Shown one piece after another: positions 12,538 through 20,918 of a DNA stretch of 64,000 nucleotides. A program made the translations under genes and the position numbers. Under the pieces are notes generated by a model, which was not told where the DNA came from, did no database searches, and saw nothing but the letters and a program-made list of their open reading frames with translations. Numbering within the stretch: the stretch's first letter is position 1; every line of letters begins with the position of its first letter. The DNA comes from Candidatus Eiseniibacteriota bacterium (GTDB taxonomy: Bacteria > Eisenbacteria > RBG-16-71-46), in assembly GCA_963725865.1 (NCBI GenBank), contig CAVSAC010000014.1:736001-800000 (forward strand), read 5' to 3'.

Positions 12538-13106
12538 GGACGCGGCTCCGCGGACGCGATGCGCTGCAGCGGCTCGGCGACCTCGCGCACCAGCGAGTCG
12601 CGCAGGCACGCGCCGGCGCACAGGTCGCAGGTGCCGGGCGCGTGGTGAGCGCACGCCCCGGGGCTGGCGCGGAACGCCTCGATGAACGTGCGCGCCGCGG
12701 CGTGATCCGAGCGCATGAACGAGGTCAGCCGCAGCAGCTCGATCATCACCTGCGGGCTCACCAGGTGCTCGATCATGCACGCGTCCTCGCTCGCCACGTC
12801 CTCGGGCACCGCGAGGATCTCGGAGAGGAACATCGACAGCACCTTGCGGTTGGACTCGGTGCGGCTCGCCATCTCGCGGCCGGTGTCGGTCAGCTCGACC
12901 GCGCCGTAGCGCTCGTGGTCGACGTAGCCGCGGCCGTGCAGCGTGCGCAGCATCGAGGTCACGCCGCTCTTGGAGACCCCGAGCTGCTCGGCGATGTCGC
13001 CCACCTTGGCGTGCCCCTTCTCGGCCTTGAGCGCGGCGACCGCCTGGAGGTAGTGGGCCATCGAGTGGGAGACTTCCTTCTCGCCGAATCGCTTCCAGAT
13101 CGCCAC
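12534..13106 (-). CDS. DtxR/MntR-family metal-dependent transcriptional regulator
   Basis: SMAHYL, wHTH DIAEQLGVSKSGVTSML, ERYGAVELT, DACMIEH metal site; GGAGG RBS before GTG. Confidence 0.92.
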   Translation of the reverse strand: MAIWKRFGEKEVSHSMAHYLQAVAALKAEKGHAKVGDIAEQLGVSKSGVTSMLRTLHGRGYVDHERYGAVELTDTGREMASRTESNRKVLSMFLSEILAVPEDVASEDACMIEHLVSPQVMIELLRLTSFMRSDHAAARTFIEAFRASPGACAHHAPGTCDLCAGACLRDSLVREVAEPLQRIASAEPRP

Positions 13107-13146
13107 GGGAACCGCTCCTCCTGGTCGTTGGCAAAGACACTCAACA

Positions 13147-13166
13147 GAGTTCACATACCTTAACTC
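13147..13166. promoter_or_regulatory. Putative DtxR-family operator
   Basis: AT-rich imperfect palindrome GAGTT-CACATACCTT-AACTC about 40 nt upstream of the regulator-feoAB operon. Confidence 0.65.
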
Positions 13167-13204
13167 CGTCGGCCAATGGGCCGCAACGGAGCGTCGAGAT
13201 CGGT

Positions 13205-15379
13205 TCAGCGCGCTCGCCAGCTCCCGGCTGACGCCGCGCGGGCGGGCACGAGTCGCGCGCCCGCGAAGTCTCCGGCGGGGGCCGCCGGGCGGCCCGCCGA
13301 GTCGGGCGACTCGGCCGCAAGTCCCCGGCCGGCTTGAAGCTCGGAGCGCAGGGCAAGCAGGGCGTCCGACTGCGCCGTCATCCGCAGCCACGGCACCACC
13401 AGCCCCGCCGGACGGTTGTCCCGCCGCCACAGCCACCGGTACTGGGAGGCGAGCGTGTCGGCAGCACCCGCCAGGCTGTCGAGCCTCGCGAGTGACCCCG
13501 ACTGGGACGCCTGGCCGCCCGTTCCTCCGGTACCACCCCGCGGTCCGGCGAGGGTATCCAGCACCAGCTCGCGCCGCGCGGCGTAGGCGAATCGCCGCGC
13601 GGCGTGATCGAGGATCTCCACGCCCTCGAGTTCGAAGCGCGCTCGCGGTGCGCTGGTCGCGAGCGCGGTCCGCGCCTGCCGCATGTCGTCCGCGAGCCGG
13701 TGCATGCGTTCGAGCCACGGTGCGCTGCGTGCGTGCAGTCGCGGAGGCATGTGATAGAGCCGCCCGTTCCAGCCCAGCGACTCGAACGACTGCTCGCCGA
13801 CCAGGCGATACGCCCGCGCGAGCGCCGCGCTCTCTATGCCGTGAGTGACCCGGACGTAACCGAGGGCCTGGCTCGCGCGCTCGACCGGCCGCGCCTGCCA
13901 GGCGGCCGCCGCCGCGTAGGCGTAGCCCGGCCAGTTGGCCTCGCGCGGACTCTCGGCGCCGCCGTCGCCCCACGAAGCGACCACCAGGCCCACCGCGCCC
14001 TGTTCGCGTCCCGCCCGCGCGAGCCAGTCGAGGTTGTCCATGGCGCGCCCGAAGTCGGGATAGAACGCCCGCCAGTTCCACATCCCGGCACCGACGATCA
14101 CGTCAGCGCCGCCGGCCGCTCGCAGACGCGCGACGTCGAGCGTGGTCTCGACCGGCGAGTACTGCCACTCCACCAACAGGCTGCCCGCCGGCAGCGCGCG
14201 CGCCTCGGCGGGATCGTCGCGGAACGCGTCCGCGTAGAGCATCACGTGCCGGCCCGGGCGCGCCGCGTCGCGGGCGAGCGCGCACAGGTAGCGCGTCTTG
14301 ACTCGCGCCGCGCCGATCCGCCCGGCGAGCGCGCGGCTGGTGCCCGTGCCGATGTCGGCGGCCTCGTCGCCGCCGAGATGGATCCAGTCCAGAGTGCCCG
14401 CCTCGGCGAGCTCCGCGATCAGTGAATCGACGAACGCGCGCGTCTCGGGCTGCACCGGCGAGAACGATGCCGCGGGTGCCGCCTCGTCGGGAACGCCGAA
14501 GACCAGTCCGCGCGCGAAGGCCGCCAGCTTGGAGGGCGCCGTGGCCGCCGACCACGGAAGATCTGCCTCGGTGCACTGCTCGGAGTACCGTCGCAGGGAC
14601 GGCTCCGAGAGCATCCGGGCCTGGTGCCCGAGGGTCTCGAAGATCGGCGCGACCACGACGTGATGGCGGCGCCCGAACTCGACCAGCCGCCGCAGCTCGG
14701 GGCCGGTGAGCCGCGCGCGGCCGCGGCCGATCTCGGGATGGCGCTCGAACTCGAACGCGTCCTCGATGTAGGGCTGGTAGAGGTTGAGCTTGAAGTAGGC
14801 CAGGCGCTCGATGATCCGCTCGAAGTTCGCGGGCGTCGACATCTGGCCACGGCTGACGTCGTCGGACACGCCGCGCCAGCGCATCGCGGGCCGATCGCGG
14901 ACGAGCAGGCACGGCACGCTCCCGTCGAGGCTCCCGCGCACCAGCTGGCGCAGGGTCTGGATGCCGTACCAGCGCCCCGCGGCGCTCGGCGCACGGATCT
15001 CGATCCGCGTCGGTCGGATCTCCAGCTCGTAGCCTTCGGTGCGGAACGCGGCCGGTGCGTCGTCCGGCACCGCCATCGTCCGGATCTCGATCGCGGGCCG
15101 TCCCGCGCGCCGGCGGCCGAGGGCGAGGTGCGTGCCCGATCGGCGGGCGATCTCCTCGATCAGGACGCCGGCATCCGCACACGCCGCGGCGCTGTTGTTG
15201 GCCGGGATCACCGTCCAGCCGGGGCCGATCCGCGCCACGCCCGATCGCTGCTCGAGGTGCGCGGGCTCCGGCACCAAGCGCACCGGGGCCGCAGCGGCCC
15301 GCGCGGGCGGCGGCACGACGATCGCCAGGGCCTCCACCAGCAGCAAGATCGGAATCCGGCTCCGCACCGGGTCGGACAT
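13205..15379 (-). CDS. Glycoside hydrolase family 20 (beta-N-acetylhexosaminidase-like), secreted
   Basis: Signal-like N-terminus; EGYELEI, YGIQTLRQL, DRPAMRWRGVSDDVSRG, ETLGH, catalytic HLGGDE; GGAGG RBS. Confidence 0.9.
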   Translation of the reverse strand: MSDPVRSRIPILLLVEALAIVVPPPARAAAAPVRLVPEPAHLEQRSGVARIGPGWTVIPANNSAAACADAGVLIEEIARRSGTHLALGRRRAGRPAIEIRTMAVPDDAPAAFRTEGYELEIRPTRIEIRAPSAAGRWYGIQTLRQLVRGSLDGSVPCLLVRDRPAMRWRGVSDDVSRGQMSTPANFERIIERLAYFKLNLYQPYIEDAFEFERHPEIGRGRARLTGPELRRLVEFGRRHHVVVAPIFETLGHQARMLSEPSLRRYSEQCTEADLPWSAATAPSKLAAFARGLVFGVPDEAAPAASFSPVQPETRAFVDSLIAELAEAGTLDWIHLGGDEAADIGTGTSRALAGRIGAARVKTRYLCALARDAARPGRHVMLYADAFRDDPAEARALPAGSLLVEWQYSPVETTLDVARLRAAGGADVIVGAGMWNWRAFYPDFGRAMDNLDWLARAGREQGAVGLVVASWGDGGAESPREANWPGYAYAAAAAWQARPVERASQALGYVRVTHGIESAALARAYRLVGEQSFESLGWNGRLYHMPPRLHARSAPWLERMHRLADDMRQARTALATSAPRARFELEGVEILDHAARRFAYAARRELVLDTLAGPRGGTGGTGGQASQSGSLARLDSLAGAADTLASQYRWLWRRDNRPAGLVVPWLRMTAQSDALLALRSELQAGRGLAAESPDSAGRPAAPAGDFAGARLVPARAASAGSWRAR

Positions 15380-15625
15380 CGTCCTCCCTCCGCGATCCGG
15401 CCGGCGCCCGACGGGGATGGCCCGGCTCGATAGGTTATCGGCCCGACGAGGAGGGCGGCTTAGGTCGGTGCCCGCACCCGCCGAGGCCCGCGGGTGCGGC
15501 GTTTCCGCCGGGCGCCGCGAGGCGCTACCGTCTTCGGCGTCGCTCGCCGGCCCGCCGCGGGGCTTCCGCGGCGAAGCGCGGCACGAATCCACCCACGCAC
15601 CCCCTCGCATGGTGACGAAGGACGG

Positions 15626-16417
15626 ATGCCCGACTCGCTGGAGACCCTGCTGCAGGCGGTGGAGGAGGTCGCCCGGCTCGCGGGCGCCGAGGCGCTGAAG
15701 CACTTCCGCAGCGCGCTCGCGGTCGAGAGCAAGCCCGACGGCTCCCCGGTCACGCGCGCCGACCGCGACGCCGAGCGGATCGCGCGGGCCTGGATCGAGC
15801 GCCACTTCCCGGCCGACGGCATCGTCGGCGAGGAGTCGGCCGCGATCCGCCCCGCCGCCGCGCGGCGCTGGTTCGTCGACCCGGTCGACGGCACCCGATC
15901 GTTCGTCCGCGGCGTGCCGCTGTGGGGGACCATGGTCGGCGTGCTCGAGGGCGAGACGGTGCTGGCGGGCGCGATCGCGTTCCCAGCGCTGGGCGAGGGG
16001 CTGGCCGCCGCGCGCGGCGCGGGCTGCTTCGCGAACGGCGTGCGTTGCCGGGTGAGCGCCGTGGACGCGCTCGAGCGCGCCACCGTGCTCGCCACCGACG
16101 AGCGCTTCTTCTGCGACGCGCGCAAGCGGGCGGCGTGGGACGTGCTCGCCGCGCGCGCGGAGCTGGCGCGCTCGTGGGGCGACTGTTACGGCTACCTGCT
16201 GGTCGCCACCGGGCGCGCGGAGTTGATGACCGACGGCACGCTCCATCCGTGGGACGCCGTGCCCCTGGTGCCCATCATCGAGGAGGCCGGCGGCGTGATC
16301 ACCGACTGGACCGGAGGGCGCGCCGGATTCGGGGTCGGCGCGATCGCCACCAACGCGGCACTCGCGATCGAGGCGCGCGAGCTACTCGTCGGGTTGTCGC
16401 TGGAGGAGGCGCCGTGA
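15626..16417 (+). CDS. Inositol monophosphatase family, histidinol-phosphatase (HisN)-like
   Basis: KPDGSPVTRAD, GEE, WFVDPVDGT, WGDCYGY, PWD, EEAGG. Confidence 0.88.
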   Translation: MPDSLETLLQAVEEVARLAGAEALKHFRSALAVESKPDGSPVTRADRDAERIARAWIERHFPADGIVGEESAAIRPAAARRWFVDPVDGTRSFVRGVPLWGTMVGVLEGETVLAGAIAFPALGEGLAAARGAGCFANGVRCRVSAVDALERATVLATDERFFCDARKRAAWDVLAARAELARSWGDCYGYLLVATGRAELMTDGTLHPWDAVPLVPIIEEAGGVITDWTGGRAGFGVGAIATNAALAIEARELLVGLSLEEAP

Positions 16418-17169
16418 GCGGCCCCGAGCCGGGAGCGGATCGGCCCCTGCCGTTCGAGAACGTCTACGAGGATCCGCAGCGCGCCGCGGCGTACGCGTCG
16501 CTCGAGTTCCCGGGCACCTACCACCTCGCCTATCGCGACCTGCCGGCGCTCTACCGCGCGCACGTGCACGGCACGCGGGCGCTCGACTTCGGCTGCGGCG
16601 CCGGGCGCTCGACCCGGTTCCTGAAGGCCCGCGGATTCGAGGCCGTCGGCATCGACATCAGCGCGGACATGGTGGCGCTGGCGCGCGAGCGCGACCCCGC
16701 GGGCGACTACCGCGTGATCGCCGACGGCGACTTCAGCGGCCTGCCGGCGCGCGGATTCGACCTGGTGCAATCGGTGTTCACGTTCGACAACATCCCCGGC
16801 CGCGAGCGCAAGGTCGGGCTGTTCGCGGGGCTCGGAGCGCTGCTCGCCACCGCTGGGCGACTCGTGAGCCTGGTGAGCTCGCCCGACATCTACGTCAACG
16901 AGTGGGCGTCGTTCACCACCCGGCAATTCGCCACCAACTTCACCGCGCAGTGCGGCGACCCGGTGTTCACGGTGATGACCGACGTCGCGGATCGGCGCCC
17001 GGTCGAGGACGTGCTGTGGCCGCACGCCGACTACCTGGACGTCTACGCGCGCGCCGGCCTCGCGGTGGTCGCCGAGCACCGCCCGCTCGGCCGCGACGAC
17101 GAGGGCATCGCGTGGGTGAGCGAGACCCGCGTCGCGCCGTGGGTGATCTACGTGCTCAAGCGCGCGTAG
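16414..17169 (+). CDS. Class I SAM-dependent methyltransferase
   Basis: ALDFGCGAG, GIDISADM; GTGA overlap and GGAGG RBS. Confidence 0.88.
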   Translation: MSGPEPGADRPLPFENVYEDPQRAAAYASLEFPGTYHLAYRDLPALYRAHVHGTRALDFGCGAGRSTRFLKARGFEAVGIDISADMVALARERDPAGDYRVIADGDFSGLPARGFDLVQSVFTFDNIPGRERKVGLFAGLGALLATAGRLVSLVSSPDIYVNEWASFTTRQFATNFTAQCGDPVFTVMTDVADRRPVEDVLWPHADYLDVYARAGLAVVAEHRPLGRDDEGIAWVSETRVAPWVIYVLKRA

Positions 17170-17872
17170 CCGGAGTCGGCTCGTCCGCGAGCGCGAAGCG
17201 CACCACCGCCTCGGCGTGGATCCGCGTGGTGTCGAACAGAGGCAGCGCGCAGTCGGTCTGCTTGACCAGCAGCGGGATCTCGGTGCAGCCGAGCACCACG
17301 CCCTGCGCCCCGCGGGCGGCGAGCGCGTCGATGACGGCGATGAATCGCCGCCGCGAATCGTCGCGCAGCTCGCCCCGCGCCAGCTCGCCGAAGATCGTCG
17401 CGTGGATGAACTCGCGGTCGGCCTCCTCCGGCGTGATCGTCTCGATGCCGCGGGTCGCGAGGCGCGAGGGATAGAAGTCCATCTCCATCGTGTAGCGCGT
17501 GCCGAGCAGGCCGACACGCTTCATCCCCTGGCGCTCGATCGCCTCGCCCGTCGCGTCGACGATGTGGATGATCGGGATCTCGATCCGCTTGGCCAGGTCG
17601 TCGGCGATCAGGTGCATGGTGTTCGCGCAGAGCATGATGCCCTCCGCCCCCGCGGCGGTCAGGTCGCGGCAGACGCGCGTCACCAGCTCCAGGATGGCGG
17701 GCCAGTCGCGGCGCTCGGTGAGCACCTGGATCTCGCCGAAGTTGAACGAGTAGAGGATGCAGCGCGCGTTGTGCGTGCCGCCGAGTCGCTCGTTCACCAT
17801 CTCGTTCAACAACCGGTAGTAGTCCACCGTCGAGAGCCAGGTGGTGCCGCCGACCATGCCGATCGTCTTCAT
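17156..17872 (-). CDS. Aspartate/glutamate racemase family (YgeA/RacX-like)
   Basis: MKTIGMVGG, STVDYY, LCANTMH, GLLGT, LGCTEIP, FDTT. Confidence 0.93.
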   Translation of the reverse strand: MKTIGMVGGTTWLSTVDYYRLLNEMVNERLGGTHNARCILYSFNFGEIQVLTERRDWPAILELVTRVCRDLTAAGAEGIMLCANTMHLIADDLAKRIEIPIIHIVDATGEAIERQGMKRVGLLGTRYTMEMDFYPSRLATRGIETITPEEADREFIHATIFGELARGELRDDSRRRFIAVIDALAARGAQGVVLGCTEIPLLVKQTDCALPLFDTTRIHAEAVVRFALADEPTPATRA

Positions 17873-17923
17873 GCGTGCTCCTTCCGGTCCCCGTCGCCGC
17901 GCGGATCGCGCGGTGCGCCCCGC

Positions 17924-19549
17924 TCACCCCACCACGATCTCGCCGTCCTCGCCGAGGTCGAACCGCATCGCCAGCGGCTCCTTCGGCAGCCCCGGCATGC
18001 GCAGGATCTCGCCGGTGATCGGCACCAGGAATCCGGCACCGGCGGCGAGCTGGATCTCGCGCACCGTCACCAGGAAGTCCTTCGGGCGCCCGAGCAGCGC
18101 GGGGTTGTCGCTCAGCGACTGCTGGGTCTTCGCGATGCACACCGGCAGGCCGCCGAAGCCGAGCTTCTCCAACTGCGCCTTGTCGCGCCGGGCGCGCGGG
18201 GCGTAGTCCACCGCCTCGGCGCCGTACATCTCGCTCGCGATCGTGAGGATCTTCTGCTCGATCGGCGCGGCCCAGTCGTAGAGCGGCCGGTAGCCCGCCT
18301 CCGTGCGCTGGGCGAGCGACCACACCACCTCCGCCAGCTCGCGCGCGCCCTCGCCGCCCGCGGTGAAGCCGCGGGTCACCACCGCCGGCAGGCCGAGCAC
18401 GTCGCAGTGGCGCTGCACCACCGCCACCTCGTCCGCGGTGTCGGTCGGGAAGTGGTTGATCGCGACCACGCAGCGCTGCTCGAACTTGCGGATGTTCTCG
18501 ACGTGCTTCTCGAGGTTCGCCAGTCCGCGCGCCACCGCGGCCGGATCGGGCTCGCTCACCTGCGGCAGCGGCACGCCGCCGTGCATCTTGAGCGCGCGCA
18601 GGGTGGCGACCAGCACCGTCAGCGACGGCGCGAAGCCGCCGTAGCGGCAGTTGATGTCGAAGAACTTCTCGGCGCCCAGCTCGAACGCGAACCCGGCCTC
18701 GGTCACCACGCAGTCGGCGTAGGCGAGCGCCATGCGGGTGGCGTTGATCGAGTTGGTGCCGTGCGCGATGTTCGCGAACGGGCCTCCGTGCACGATCGCG
18801 GGCACCCCCTCGACGGTCTGCACCAGGTTGGGCTTGATCGCGTCCCTGAGCAGCGCCGCCATCGCGCCGACCGCGCGCAGCTCGGTGGCGTGCACGGTGG
18901 TCCCGTCGGCGCGGAAGCCCACGACGATGCGGCCGAGGCGCTCCTTGAGATCCTTCACGTCCTTCGCCAGGCACAGGATCGCCATCACCTCGCTGGCTGC
19001 GGTGATGTCGAAGCCGGTCTCGCGCGGGATGCCCTCGCTGCGGCCGCCGAGCCCGATCACGATGTCGCGCAGCGCGCGGTCGTTCATGTCGAGCGCGCGC
19101 CGCCACAGGATGCGGCGCGAATCGAGCCCCAGCGCGTTGCCGTGGTGGAGATGGTTGTCCACCATCGCGGCGAGCAGGTTGTGCGCGCAGGTGACGGCGT
19201 GGATGTCGCCGTTGAAGTGCAGGTTGATGTCGTCGGCGGGCACCACCTGGGACTGGCCGCCGCCGGTGCCGCCGCCCTTGATGCCGAGGTAGGGCCCCAG
19301 CGAGGGCTCGCGGAGTGCAGCGACCGCGTGCACGCCGTTCTTCGCGAGCCCCTGAACCAGGCCCACGGTGGTGGTGGTCTTGCCCTCGCCCGCCGGGGTC
19401 GGCGTGATGGCGGAGACCAGGATCAGCCGGCCGCGGGGCGCGCGGCCGTCGAGCGCCCGCAGCGAGATCTTCGCCTTGTGGTGGCCGTAGGGCTCGAGGT
19501 GCGTCGGGTCGAGGCCGAGCGAATGCGCGACGTCCGAGATCGGTCTCAT
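17924..19549 (-). CDS. fhs: Formate--tetrahydrofolate ligase
   Basis: TPTPAGEGKTTT, LREPSLGP, INLHFNGD, HGGPFANIAHG, CIAKTQ, MPGLP. Confidence 0.97.
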   Translation of the reverse strand: MRPISDVAHSLGLDPTHLEPYGHHKAKISLRALDGRAPRGRLILVSAITPTPAGEGKTTTTVGLVQGLAKNGVHAVAALREPSLGPYLGIKGGGTGGGQSQVVPADDINLHFNGDIHAVTCAHNLLAAMVDNHLHHGNALGLDSRRILWRRALDMNDRALRDIVIGLGGRSEGIPRETGFDITAASEVMAILCLAKDVKDLKERLGRIVVGFRADGTTVHATELRAVGAMAALLRDAIKPNLVQTVEGVPAIVHGGPFANIAHGTNSINATRMALAYADCVVTEAGFAFELGAEKFFDINCRYGGFAPSLTVLVATLRALKMHGGVPLPQVSEPDPAAVARGLANLEKHVENIRKFEQRCVVAINHFPTDTADEVAVVQRHCDVLGLPAVVTRGFTAGGEGARELAEVVWSLAQRTEAGYRPLYDWAAPIEQKILTIASEMYGAEAVDYAPRARRDKAQLEKLGFGGLPVCIAKTQQSLSDNPALLGRPKDFLVTVREIQLAAGAGFLVPITGEILRMPGLPKEPLAMRFDLGEDGEIVVG

Positions 19550-19601
19550 CGACGCGCGACTATAGCCGAACGCACGCGTCCCCGCAGCGCGCGGCGGACG
19601 A

Positions 19602-20303
19602 TCAGCGGACGATCAGCGGCTCCAGTCGCGACTCCGCGAGCGGCGCCCCGCCGCGCAGCGCGCGCACGCTCACCAGCAGCGTCTCGTCGTGCGCGATCGC
19701 CGCCAGCCGCTCGGGCGCGAACACGAACACGGTGTCGCGCGCCGCGTCGAGGCGCGTGAGCGGCTCCAGCGTGGCCGAGAACACCTGCACCTCGTAGCGC
19801 TCGGCCGCCGGGACCGCCGACCAGCGGAGCCGCGCGCCGCCCTCGGGCGCACGCGCCTGCACCGCGAGGCGCAGGACGTCAGCCTCGTCGCCGCGCATCA
19901 CCGACTCCTCAGGAACCGCCGCGGGGCCTCCGCGCGGCGCGCGCATCACGATCGTCACCAGCGCCACCCCGCCGGCCAGCACCAGCACCGACGCCATCGC
20001 CAGCGCGGGGGCCGCCACCGGCGAGCGCCACCAGGCGCGCAGCCGCTCGCCGAGCGAATCGGAGGCCGGATGGGAGCGGACGACGGCGCCCGCGACCTCG
20101 CGGTCGAGGAAGGTGCCGAGCCGCGCGTCGGCGTCCTGCAGGTCGCGCGCGGGCACCTCGGGCGGCGCGGCGATGAACGCGTGGTACTCCACGAGTCGCG
20201 CGCGACAGCGCGGGCAGCCGTCCACGTGGGCGCGGCGCGGATCGCCCGGGCGGACGTCCGTGAGAGCCGCCAGCTCGGCCTCGGTGTGACAACGCTCGCT
20301 CAT
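19602..20303 (-). CDS. Zinc-finger (ZAS) transmembrane anti-sigma factor-like protein
   Basis: HVDGCPRC (HxxxCxxC), one TM (ALAMASVLVLAGGVALVTIV), FN3-like C-terminus (LRWSAVPAAERYEVQV); ATGA overlap with sigma. Confidence 0.82.
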   Translation of the reverse strand: MSERCHTEAELAALTDVRPGDPRRAHVDGCPRCRARLVEYHAFIAAPPEVPARDLQDADARLGTFLDREVAGAVVRSHPASDSLGERLRAWWRSPVAAPALAMASVLVLAGGVALVTIVMRAPRGGPAAVPEESVMRGDEADVLRLAVQARAPEGGARLRWSAVPAAERYEVQVFSATLEPLTRLDAARDTVFVFAPERLAAIAHDETLLVSVRALRGGAPLAESRLEPLIVR

Positions 20304-20890
20304 CGCCCGCCTCCCATGGGCTCCTCGCCGAGCACGGACCGCAACTTGCGGCGCGCGCTCTGCAGTACCCCGCGCGCACCCGAGGCGCTCGTCAGCCCGA
20401 GCACGCGCGTGATCTCCTCCACCGGCATGCGCTCGACGCAGCGCAGCCAGAGCGCATCCTGCTCGCGCGCGTCCAGGTGCGCGCGGATCAACTCGAGCAC
20501 CCGCTCTTCCTCGTCGCGCTGCTCCATCACCTCGTCGGGGCCCGGCGCCGGATCGATCACCTCGTCCAGCTCCGCCCCGTCGTCGCGCGTCAGCCGAACC
20601 GGGCGCATGGCCCGGATGCAGCGATGGCGCGTGATGGTGAACAGCCACGCCGAGAACGGTGCCCGCCCTTCGAATCCCGGCAGCGCCCGGTAAGCGCTCA
20701 GCAGCACGTCCTGCGCGAGATCGAGCGCATGCTCGTGCTCGCGCACGAACCGCCGGCACCACAGGTAAACGCGTTGCCGGTACCGCCCCAGCAGTTCCGC
20801 CGCCGCGCCCCGTCCGCTGGCCGAGTCGGGCGCGCGGCGCGCGCGCTGGACCAACTCGTCCTCCGTCAGGTGACGCAGATCGGCTCTCAT
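20300..20890 (-). CDS. ECF (sigma-70 group 4) RNA polymerase sigma factor
   Basis: Region 2 ALDLAQDVLL...FEGRAPFSAWLFTITRH; region 4 EEITRVLGL...SARRKLR; start could be up to 20929. Confidence 0.92.
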   Translation of the reverse strand: MRADLRHLTEDELVQRARRAPDSASGRGAAAELLGRYRQRVYLWCRRFVREHEHALDLAQDVLLSAYRALPGFEGRAPFSAWLFTITRHRCIRAMRPVRLTRDDGAELDEVIDPAPGPDEVMEQRDEEERVLELIRAHLDAREQDALWLRCVERMPVEEITRVLGLTSASGARGVLQSARRKLRSVLGEEPMGGGR

Positions 20891-20918
20891 GGAAGGGGAG
20901 TCTCCCATGCCCGGGGAA

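Noticed and set aside
10042..13140. 1032-aa ORF read as a single giant FeoB
   Set aside because: The N-terminal part is an off-frame shadow of the DtxR gene, and the FeoA-FeoB join depends on two apparent indels
17924..19549. Wood-Ljungdahl pathway inferred from fhs plus hydrogenase
   Set aside because: fhs alone is a common one-carbon enzyme; no acs/cdh/metF/folD here, and the hydrogenase is a respiratory uptake type
19594..19619. 11-bp tandem duplication GCGGACGATCA at the anti-sigma stop codon
   Set aside because: Too short and isolated; no partner repeat or mobile element to call it a target-site duplication
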